A DNA stretch of 64,000 bases from Octopus vulgaris (Eukaryota): positions 19,282,001-19,346,000 of the forward strand of contig OX597828.1 of NCBI GenBank assembly GCA_951406725.2, written 5' to 3'. Each line of letters begins with the position of its first letter. Position 1 is the first letter of the stretch. A program made the position numbers and the translations under genes. This document shows, one piece after another, positions 50,888 through 61,376 of this stretch. The notes under the pieces are model-generated. The model did not search any database, was not told the origin of the DNA, and worked only from the letters and a program-made list of their open reading frames with translations.

Positions 50888-53707
50888 TTAAAGATCACAA
50901 TCTCTCCGCTCCATGTTGTAGTCCACCATCCAACCGGGAGAGCGCCTTGCTCGTCGAGATCTTCTGAAGCTGGGCTCCTCGTTCTCCCCCTCTCCAGAAT
51001 CATCGTCCGTCAAAGCAACAATCTTGCGAAGGTCCAAGACGTGTCGTGGTGTTCCATCTACGGATACGTTGCTTCTGGAATTGATCGCCGTCACCGTTCC
51101 TCTGCTCCATTGAGACGTACAGCACGCCTTTGGTGGCTTGACCCAGACTTCCTCCCCTATTTTCACGCGAACGGGTCCCTTCTCTTCCTCTTGACCCTCC
51201 GGTACTTTGCTCGGGTGCCTCCATTCATATTTGAACACAGCTCTCTGCGGCACAGATTCCTCAGCTTGTCCGGATCGGGGAGACAAGTTGTACCAAAAAA
51301 ACTGCTTCAAGTGGCGAAATGTGCCCTCTTTCCGCTATGGCCTTGACTGTCCGATGGTGCCTCTCCACGATCCCGTTACCGCTCAGCCTATACGCTGCTC
51401 TGAACAAGCGTCGCACATTCCACCGATCAAGCATAACCCTCAATGCTTCCGAACGAAACGCTGCCCAGTTGTCCATCAGTAGTTCTTCCACGGGACCTCT
51501 CTCTAAAAATATCCCGTTCAGGATCTGCGCAATCTCGTCAGCAATGCCCGATCTCAACTCCTCCAAATGGCCAGCCGGCCCGGCCCGCAGTCGATCATGG
51601 AGAGGTACATTTGCTGACGGTAGTGTGTCACATCCACAGCTAGCCTTTTCCAGTCCTGCTCCATGGAAAGGCTTCCCTGGTCATGCCCACACGGAGCAGG
51701 GTTGATGGACTGACACCTGTCACAGCTCCCGACCACCTTCCGGACGCTTCTCCTAGTGACGTCAGCATCAATTTTTTTTGCCAGATACAGGGTCCTGTCC
51801 ACACCCAGGTGATGCATATCATGCAGTTTCTTCAGTTCAGAGTCATCCAACCAACACGCCACAGCTATCCCTTTCCGGGCCTCCTCCAGTTCTTCCAACC
51901 ACGCTCTTTTCACCCTGGTCAGTACGTCCGCCCTGTTTTTCTCCGAAGGCTCGAAAACCACGTTCAGCTTCAGTCCGAACTCGGCGATCAATTCACCTAG
52001 AACTCCTAGACGGCGCTTCACTAACATCTCCACAGCACCTTTCGTCCGCACTCTCCTGTCACCGGTGATCACCGATCCTACCCAGCCAAGCACAGTGGCC
52101 GAATCCGTCCGGATTTCAATTGTGCGCAGCCCCCATTTCAAGGCCAAGTTCACCCCTTTCAGCAGCGCGTCTAATTCGGCGACATTGATGTGGTTGAAAT
52201 CATCTGCTTTCCAAAGCCAGGCCGCGTCCTCCACCGCAGTGCCTTCGATTGCCAATACCACCCCTATCGCTATACTGCTAGCATCACACCAGACGGTCCC
52301 GCATTTCGTCTTGGGCACATACCAGTTCCCCCCGACCGGGTCTTCCGCTCTTGTCCTCTCTAGGATTTCCTGCATCATCGCCACCGTCCCTTCTCCCACC
52401 TTGTCGCCCCACCTCTCTCCTTCTGCTCGTCTCTTGGTGTAACTACACGCCGTGCGCAGCCATCCAGCGATCGGGTAGTGACCGACCAACATCCCACACA
52501 CCGAGAACAGCTCTCTCCTGCTGACGCTGGAACTCAGCTCTGGGATTTCATTTCCTCTCCAGAACACCAATTCACCTGATCCAACTCTTCGCAGCTTCAG
52601 CCCCAGCGCGGCTCCCCCTTCAATCGACTCCGGTGGCTTAGCAATCAGTCCGAACTCCTCCAGATGTCTAACTACCTCGTCGGCTGGCACTACAGTTTCG
52701 TCCACCAAAATGTCGTCAATGTAGGAGCTGGTGGCCTTTCTAATCTTGCCGTCTTTCCCTAGGACGGACCTAAGCACTGCCGCCATGATCTTCGGAGCGG
52801 AATTCAGCCCGAAACCCAGCCTGGTTAGACAGTACGTCCGGCCCTTGTACCGCACCAGCTGATATCGCCACAGTTTGTCGCTCACATGGAGCTGCAAGTA
52901 TGCCGATCTCAAGTCGACAATCGTCGCTGCCTCAGTCGACTGTCTCCACTTACGTAATGCCTCGCCAGAAACGTCTGTCGCCTCACCTCCCGTGTGACAC
53001 GATATGTGCTGGTTTAGCTCCCTGAAGTCCAGCACCGGTCTGACTTTTCCCTTCGTAGGCTGCACCACCGCCATCAGGAGTAGCACTCCGCCCGCTACCT
53101 CCTCCTTCCAAGGGACAAGGACCCCTTCCTCGATCCACCTCTCCACCTCGTCTTCAAACTCGACTCTGGCGTGGCCTTTCAGGGTATGCTGGTAACAGCT
53201 CACCCTGTTCTCCAGCGTCGGGGGCCCGTCCTTCCATCGCCACTCTATCGTCCACCGCTGACCATCGAACGCAGCCTGAAAGTCTTTGTCCTCGATGGTG
53301 TAAGCTGTGCAGTCCCTCGCGGGGCTCTGCTCTCTCTGGTGATCCTGACTTGCAGTGCACGACGCCCCCACGCTTCCGAACATGACCTCCTTTCCCACAA
53401 CACTGACGCCACCGAGGCAGTTGATGGCGTCCATCCCCATCACCACGTCAACTCCATCTATCATGCGTTCGGCCACAATTGCCTGCAGCCTTAGCGTCGT
53501 GCCGCGCACCACTATCTCTACCTTGCTGCTGCCTCTGCAACGGATTTCGCTGCCGTCGACCGCCCGGACACTACTCACCCCGTTCCATTCCTTCGTCACC
53601 CTCTAAGTCACCAGGGTGGTCATACAGCCCGTATCCACAAGGGCCTTGAACGTCTCCCCCTCGGCCTCCACGTCAATCAATGGCAGTGTCTCCAATAGCA
53701 CCTCTAC
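50888..53707 (-). pseudogene. pol: Disrupted pol (protease, RT, RNase H, integrase)
   Basis: Protease ALVDTG followed by an in-frame TAG at 53603-53605; RT YIDD; RNase H WCDAS/AEL/TDS/ADVL; integrase HH-CC and D,D,E (LAVDV, LMDN, IVER) split by frameshifts near 51560 and 51300. Confidence 0.92.
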
Positions 53708-54468
53708 TCATTTGAGGGGAAAGTTCGAGAAGCAGCAATTTCCCCGCGGTCGTTTCCCTGGTTGCAATCACGGGCAATGTGCCCTGTCTGCCTGCATCGA
53801 TAGCAAACGGGCCCCGGCTGCATACAGTCCCGCGCCATGTGTGGTCCCTGGCATCTAAAACACCGTCCTGAGAACGGCCGCTGTTGTTGCACGGTAAGCT
53901 TCTGTACCTCTTTCTCGGGACGTCGTCTGTCTTTACGCGCCTCCGTCACCGCCATCGCTATCGCCTTCCGCCCAGAGTGTCTCGTCGACATGCGAGCCTG
54001 AGCTACAAGTTCGCTCAACGGCATCTTTTTAACCCCGGGCAGTCGTTGTAGGTGAATCCCTACATCGTCGGGGAACCCATTCACGAACGCCAATCGGGCT
54101 GCTCTCTCCAGTCCCTCTCCCGCAAACCCGGCCAGAGTTGCCAGCCTTCTAACTTCTGATGCAAAGTCATCCACTTGGCCTCCCGTCCACCTGATTGCAC
54201 CTAGCTTAGCAAAAGCTGTGTACTCGCATTCCGTGTAGGCATCACACAAGCGTCGCTCTATATTCTCCTCGCTGAGCCGTTCCTCTTCATCCATCTCTAG
54301 GTATAGCGTTAACGCACTCCCTTCTAAATACAGCGCCATAAGACTCGCCACGTCGCTTATGCCCTGCAGTCTTGCCACCAGCCTGATTTTGCGAATCCAG
54401 GCCACTACATCGCCTTCGCTATTATAAGGTCTGACGACGTCACTGGCGATCCTAATTTTTGCGGACAT
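53704..54468 (-). CDS. gag: Retrotransposon Gag (254 aa)
   Basis: Two CCHC zinc knuckles: CFRCQGPHMARDC and CYRCRQTGHIARDC. Confidence 0.92.
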   Translation of the reverse strand: MSAKIRIASDVVRPYNSEGDVVAWIRKIRLVARLQGISDVASLMALYLEGSALTLYLEMDEEERLSEENIERRLCDAYTECEYTAFAKLGAIRWTGGQVDDFASEVRRLATLAGFAGEGLERAARLAFVNGFPDDVGIHLQRLPGVKKMPLSELVAQARMSTRHSGRKAIAMAVTEARKDRRRPEKEVQKLTVQQQRPFSGRCFRCQGPHMARDCMQPGPVCYRCRQTGHIARDCNQGNDRGEIAASRTFPSNE

Positions 54469-54512
54469 CGTGTTGAAAACAATGTAAATGTTTAAGAATG
54501 GCCGAAATAGCT

Positions 54513-54805
54513 TGTAGTGTGTGCGCGATTTGAATATAGAGGCACCTACCTTCTCTTCTTAGTGATGGAGACCCTCCAGCGGTGACTAGTCCTTCCACAC
54601 AGACCCGACCCGAACACTAACGATAGCAGCTGCTAGCCCAAACCCTTAGCGACGTCCTCACACGTCTTGTCACCTCCACGACCCACGTTGGAAAGGGCGC
54701 AATTCCCCGCTCCCTGCGCACGCCTGACGCTGACCCCTTCCGGTTGCCCTAGCTTCCGGTCAACGCACCCGGCTGCTGACGTCCAGCTGCTGACGTCATT
54801 CCACA
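54513..54805 (-). repeat. 5' LTR (293 bp)
   Basis: Direct repeat of 50596-50874 with ~7 substitutions and a 14-bp duplication (cagctgctgacgtc). Confidence 0.95.
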
Positions 54806-56848
54806 CTGGGGCACCATCTTGAAGAGATTTTAGCCAAACGAATTGACTCCAATATTTTTTATTTAACCCTGGTTCTCATTCTGTTGGTTATTTTGTCGAA
54901 CTGCTAAGTTACATACACTTAAGCAAACAAACACCAGTTGTGGTGGAGGACAAAAGGAGATACACGGACTCTTAGGGAGGAGCGAGCCTGTTTTCTCTCG
55001 GTAGTTGCTATGGTGAAAGAAGACGAGAGTAAAAGGAATTGCAACAGGCATGTTTATCTCCAGTCTCCAGCTAATCAACTTTTTCGTTTTCCACATGAAA
55101 CGGAAAATAAGGCTGGAGAAGAAATGCCTGTCGCAAAGTGTGTTTCGTAAAAGATAGAAGTCTATAGCAAATATGTTGCGAGTGAAAGAACCTGTTTAAT
55201 TGAGAATGTAAAAAAGGAGAAAGCAAAGTCTTCAGTGTGAGTATGGGGTTTGTGGGGTCAACTGCGTCCTCTGCTTCATTTTTTGTTATTCACTCATTCT
55301 CATTTAATTGTATAGATTTTAATTGTTTGTTTATTCATATGTTTCGTCTCATTCGATACCCTGACCCCAACGTTTGTTTTGTCCCCTCTTTTTCTCAACC
55401 TTATGGTGAATAAAGAAATACTCTCTCTCACACACACACATACACACACTGTGCTTCTTTCAGATTCTGTCTACCAAATCCACTTATTAGGCTTCACTTG
55501 TGCCCGAGGCTATAGTAGAAGACATTTGCTCAAATGTTCCACCCTGTGGGACTGAACCTAGAAGCATATGGTTGGGAAGCAAACTTCTTACCACACAGCT
55601 ACACCTGTGCTCATACACACAAACACACACACATATATTCATATATATATTATACTCAGACACAAAGATGGCTTCCACACAGTTTCTGCGCACGAAATTC
55701 ACATCATCATCATCATCATCGTTTAACGTTTTGACTGAGGGCTGACAAACCAGATGGCTGCACCGGGCTCCAATCTTGATCTGGCAGAGTTTCTACAGCT
55801 GGATGCCATTCCTAACGCCAACCACTCCGAGAGTGTAGTGAGTGCTTTTTACATGCCATCTGCACGGAGGCCAGTCAGGCGGTACTGGCAATGACCTCGC
55901 TCGAATCTTTTTACACGTGCTACCGGCACAGGTGCCAGTAAGGCCGCGCTGGTAACGTTCATGCATGAATGGTGCCCTGTGGCAACAATCACACTCGGAT
56001 GGTGCTCTTGGCACCCTACTAGCACGGGCACAAGTGCTAGTAAGGCAATACTGGTAACGATCACACGCGAATGGTGCTTTTTATGTGCCACTGGTATGGA
56101 AGCCAGTTAGCCGCTCTGTCAACATGCTGCATATTTCATTTTTTATATAGGTGCAGGAGTGGCTGTGAGGTAAGTAGTTTGCTTACCAACCACATGGTTC
56201 CAGGTTCATTCCCACTGCATGGCACCTTGGGCAAGTGCCTTCTACTATAGCCTCGGGCCAACCAAAGCCTTGTGAGTGGATTTGGTAGATGGAAACTAAG
56301 CCCGTCGTATATATATATATATATGTATACTTATGTGAGTGTTTATGTGTTTGTGTTTGTTCTCCCCAACATAGCTTGACAACCGATGGTGGTGTGTTTA
56401 CATCCCCGTAACTTAGCAGTTCAGCAAAAGAGACCAATAGAATAAGTACTAGGCTTACAAAGAATAAGTCCTGGGGTCGATTTGTTCGACTAAAGGCGGT
56501 GCTCCAGCATGGCCACAGTCAAATGACTGAAACAAGTAGAAGTGTCTATATAATTAATACATGACATGAGTCTATGACCGATTGCTGTATTTTTATGCAT
56601 TTCGAAATTTGAGGGCAATATCAGTTTATTTGAATAACTTTTGAGAGCATTCCTTAAAATTACTTTCATTCTTATGCTATGTAGTCACTCAACATGCTAG
56701 AACTAGTGCCAAGCCTCCTTCAATTAACAAAAAGACAGGATTTTAATGGTTAGAATACCTTTGAAATTAGGTTACCTTAATCATGTCTGAGCTAAAATAA
56801 AAATGACTAAAGCTGCTGCTTCTACTACTCCCATTTGTACTACTACTG

Positions 56849-56885
<37 letters not shown>

Positions 56886-58988
56886 CACAGATAATGATTT
56901 CAGATTTTGGCACAAGGCCAGCAGTTTTAGTGGCAGGAGATTATTGGTTACATTAACCTCAATACATGACTGGTACTTGGATTTCTCAACCCTCCACTAC
57001 ATGGAAGGCCAAGCTGACCTCAGCAAAATTTCAATTCAGAAAATAAAGAGCTGAATGAAATACCACTAAATATTTTGTTCAACATTCTAACGAGTCTGCT
57101 CACTCATCACTGACGAGATAATAATTAATACAAATCATAATTTCTAATGTGGGCAAAGGGCCTGAAATTTTGAAATGGGAGTAGAAGGGGCTTAATTGGT
57201 ACCATGGACACCAGTATTTAACTGTTTCTTGATTTTGTTGAATCTGAAAGAATAAAGGCAAAATTGACCTTGGTGGGATTTGAACTCAGGACATAAAGAG
57301 CCAGAAGAAACAACACATAACATTTTACCCCATGCGCCAGTGATTCTACCAATCCATGCCCTGACAAAAAATGATAATAGTTTCAAATTTTGGCACAAGG
57401 CCAGCAGTTTTCAGGGAAAGGGGAAGTACACTACATCGACTCCAGTGATCAATGTAAACACCGATGATCAACTGGTACTTATTTTATTGACCCTAAGAGG
57501 ATGAAAGGCAAAGCCAACCTTGGCAGAATTTAAACTCAGACTGTGAAGACAAGTAAAATACTGGTTAGCATTTCGCCTGGTATGCTAACGATTCTGCCTG
57601 CTCACTGCCTTAATAATAATTATGATAATAATAATAATGCTGAGCTGAGACCCTCTTCGGTCATGACTGACCATGGGATTGCACCTTGAAAGTTACCCTC
57701 TCAGGCACAAGTCCGGGCAAGGTTGTTTATGGAAGACCAGCAATCGCCCATGAATACCAGCCTCCCCTCTCCACACCACCAGTGTTATCCAAGGGAAAGG
57801 CAAAGGCCGTTACAGCTTGGCACCTGTGACGTCACAACTCGTTTCTACAGCTGAGTGAACTAGAGCAACGTGAAATAAAGTGTCTTGCTCAAGAACACAA
57901 CACGCAGCCCGCTCCAGGATTTGAACTCACAACCTCACGATTGTAAGCTCGATGCTCTAACCACTGAGCCTTGCACCTTCACATAATAATAATAATAATC
58001 CTGAAATTTAGTGGGAGGGGACTAGTTGATTACATTGACCCCAGTGTTTAACTGGTACTTAATTTATCGACTCGGAAAGGATGAAAAACAAAGTTGACCA
58101 GAATTTGAAATCAGAACATAGCAGCAGACAAAATACGGCTAAGCATTTCACCCAGCATCCTAACGATTCTGCGAGTTTGCCGCTTTGATGATGATGATAA
58201 TGATGATGATAACAACAACAACAACAACAACAACAGTAAACATAATGAGCCAATTCAATATACACTATGGGGTTTATTGACCTGCTACAAGTAACAAGCA
58301 CCTCTCTCAAGTCATGACCTGCAGTCTTTAAAACATAGGAAGAACACATAGGATGATATAGTCTAAGATAAACTGTGTCATGAGAGATGGCTTGATTGTG
58401 ACTAGAATTTATTTTTATTATAGTTTTCTATGTTTAGGTTTGTCTTAAGTTTCAACAACAATAACATACCAACAAGAAACAGTAACAAATTCTCCCTCAT
58501 ATCACACTCAGCCATCTCTAAATGAGGAGAATCACACTATATAATGTAGAACTAGATAAGCTGTGCATGTACAGAGATGGGATTGTCATGGGCAATACAC
58601 TTTTCCCTATCATTGTGGAGGAACAAGGTCAAGCTGGAGCAAAATATGATTGTCTCTGACAACATTGTCATCATTTGTGTACCATCTCTACCTCATTCAC
58701 CAGCACAAGGGCACAACCAGTGGCAACAGTACTTTTTGTAGTAGTAGGAGTTGTAGCAGCAACAGCAGTGGTAATAGATTCTTCATACTTCCACATACAC
58801 ATACATGTGCACCTCCAAGAACATTATCAGGATAACTGCTGTCAATGGACCTGGCAATTAGAAGTCATATTTACTTAGCATTATCATCTCTCGCCAAAAA
58901 TAAAATAACCTTTTAAATGCAACATGTATATATCATTTCTAAATAAGATGTTTCTCCTTCTATTTTATCTAGCACTTTCATTGCAAAC

Positions 58989-61376
58989 ATGAATAGACTA
59001 ATGGTATTTGGAATCATCTGTGAAAATAAAACAAAGGTTTCTCTTCTCTATGCCACACACACGATTTCCATTAATGGTTTTACGTCACACGTCAATATCG
59101 AGGCTGAATATATAAATGAAAGCCAACACAAGACAGAAGCTAAGTTTGTTTTCCCTGTGGAAGAAGACAGTGCCGTATATAAATTCGAAGCTAAAATTGG
59201 TGATGTCCATTTAGTTGCCAAATCTAAAGACAAAGATGTTGCCAAAAAGGAATACAAACAAGCTGTAGATAAAGGTCAGTCTGCTATTTTGTTGCGAGAG
59301 ACAAGTACATCTGGCGATATTTTTGAGTATAGTTTAGGTAATATTCCAGCAAATGAAAAGATCCGTTTACAAATATGCCTTGTTTCTGAACTTTCTTGTG
59401 AAGTTGATGGGGCAGTGAAATTTCATATGCCATTTGTGCTTAATCCCAGATATGGTCTTAAACCTGCAGATGAAAATTATCAAAATGCACCTCAACCAAA
59501 AGAGTTTAGTTTCAATGCCTCCGTCAACTGGAATTCACAAATCAAAGACATCAAATCAGAACATCCAGTTAAGGTGGAATATCAGGATAACAAGTGTCAT
59601 GCTACTGTGAGAATGGCAAAGGAATTCAATTTTGAGAAAGACCTTCTTCTGCAAGTGTACTATGAAGATGTAGAAAAACCACAAGTAATTTTAGAGAAAG
59701 GAGATGAGAATTCTAAAGGAATGTTTTCTAAAGATATTATGATGATAAATGTGTTTCCAGAACTTCCGCAAGTAAAACAATCTGCCGCTAATGATTATAT
59801 TTTTGTTATTGATCGCTCAGGAAGCATGAGTGGAGAGAAAATTGAAGCAGCAAAAGATACTTTGTTACTTTTCTTAAAAAGTTTACCTTTGGGTTGCTCA
59901 TTTAATGTTATCAGCTTCAATAATGATTTTGAATTTCTGTTCAAAGAAGGAAGCCAAGAATATAGTGAAGATTCTCTGAATGAAGCATTGAAATTCCAGA
60001 AAAATCTAAATGCTTCGGGAGGGACAGAAATTCTTAGTGCACTGAAATCACTCTCTGTCAAAAAACCATTTCAAAATTTCCATCGACAAGTATTCTTAAT
60101 AACTGATGGTGAAGTCTACAACACAAACGATGTCATTCAATTGGTCAAGTCACAAGTAAACAACACACGATACTTCACAATTGGTATTGGTTCTGGAGCT
60201 TCTACAGAATTGGTCAAAGGTATTGCCCGCGCAGGGAAGGGACAAGCAGAGTTTGTGATGACAAATGACAACCTTAAGGCAAAAGTTATGCGTTTATTAA
60301 AATTGTCAATGCAACCATTTGTATCTTCGGTTTGTCTCTCTGCTAAACATGGTGAAAACAATAAAGAATTATCCTTTATTTCAGTTCCAGAAAGGCTGCC
60401 GTGTATTTTCAGTGAAGAAAAATTAATCCTGTATCTAGTTTTGCATGAAGCTGAGACTAGTTGCAAAAATGTGAAATTGAATCTTTGTGGTAAAATTGGT
60501 GAAACAGACTTTTCACTTGATTTTGAAGCAAGTCTGTTGGGACAGAATAATAAGGAAATGACAATACACCGTCTTTGTGTGAAAAGGAAAATACAGGAAT
60601 TGGAATTAAATGAAGATTTGGGTAAAGGTGATGAAATAAAATCAGAGATTATCGATTTGGGTACAATGGCTAATTTAGTTTCAAAGTACACAAGTTTTGT
60701 TGGTTTGGATGAACATGTTCGATTGGATTTTCAAATGGCCTCTCTGGCAGCTCCAACACGTAGTCCCACGAGTGGTTATGTTTCTTCGTCACGAATAAAA
60801 GCGATTGGTTTTGAGGAACAAGTTCCAGAATTTATGAAAAGGCGTTGCATGCCAATGATGTGTTTAGCATCACCACAAGCATACAATCAAAATTCTGTAG
60901 TTGCTGAAAGAGTGGATGACATTGATGATGAATTGGAGGATGACTCTGATGATGGTGATTCTTTTGGTGCTGATTCTGTGGATTCAAGTTGCATGCCTCC
61001 CCCATTTACAGTACGACGTGTGACTGATGAGGAATCCTTTATGTCTTCTGGGTCAACAAATAAAGATATTTTAACATGTTTGGTTGGTCTACAAGCTTTC
61101 TCTGGTTTCTGGAATCTAGACGATCAGTTGGCTCAAGCTCTCAGTATTTCTCTTAAGGATCTGAACAAAGAGAATCCATCTATTAGTGATAAAGTATGGG
61201 CTACAGCTCTTGTTGTTGCTGTACTAAGAGAAAAATTAGCTTCCCAGCATTGTGAATGGGAATTAATGGAAAAGAAAGCAATTGAGTGGCTGGAATCTCA
61301 GAATATACAACCAATGAATTCAGAGAAGTTACTAGAAAAAGCTACAAACTTCATAAAAAACAAAATGGTTGCCTAG
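58989..61376 (+). CDS. VWA5A: VWA5A-like protein, paralog D (795 aa; A-type 5' end, B-type 3' end)
   Basis: Intact ORF with the same domains. The MNRLMV start and upstream flank match A; the C-terminus and downstream flank match B. Confidence 0.9.
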   Translation: MNRLMVFGIICENKTKVSLLYATHTISINGFTSHVNIEAEYINESQHKTEAKFVFPVEEDSAVYKFEAKIGDVHLVAKSKDKDVAKKEYKQAVDKGQSAILLRETSTSGDIFEYSLGNIPANEKIRLQICLVSELSCEVDGAVKFHMPFVLNPRYGLKPADENYQNAPQPKEFSFNASVNWNSQIKDIKSEHPVKVEYQDNKCHATVRMAKEFNFEKDLLLQVYYEDVEKPQVILEKGDENSKGMFSKDIMMINVFPELPQVKQSAANDYIFVIDRSGSMSGEKIEAAKDTLLLFLKSLPLGCSFNVISFNNDFEFLFKEGSQEYSEDSLNEALKFQKNLNASGGTEILSALKSLSVKKPFQNFHRQVFLITDGEVYNTNDVIQLVKSQVNNTRYFTIGIGSGASTELVKGIARAGKGQAEFVMTNDNLKAKVMRLLKLSMQPFVSSVCLSAKHGENNKELSFISVPERLPCIFSEEKLILYLVLHEAETSCKNVKLNLCGKIGETDFSLDFEASLLGQNNKEMTIHRLCVKRKIQELELNEDLGKGDEIKSEIIDLGTMANLVSKYTSFVGLDEHVRLDFQMASLAAPTRSPTSGYVSSSRIKAIGFEEQVPEFMKRRCMPMMCLASPQAYNQNSVVAERVDDIDDELEDDSDDGDSFGADSVDSSCMPPPFTVRRVTDEESFMSSGSTNKDILTCLVGLQAFSGFWNLDDQLAQALSISLKDLNKENPSISDKVWATALVVAVLREKLASQHCEWELMEKKAIEWLESQNIQPMNSEKLLEKATNFIKNKMVA

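Larger units (their letters stand above)
50596..54805 (-). mobile_element. Full-length, degenerate Ty3/Gypsy LTR retrotransposon (4.2 kb)
   Basis: TG...CA LTRs at 50596-50874 and 54513-54805; 5-bp TSD CTGGG at 50591-50595 and 54806-54810; empty site in unit 1 at 19887-19891; domain order gag-PR-RT-RH-INT; GC-rich relative to the host. Confidence 0.97.

Noticed and set aside
50750-53858. Plus-strand ORFs within the Gypsy element
   Set aside because: GC-rich antisense shadows of gag/pol with no recognisable motifs.
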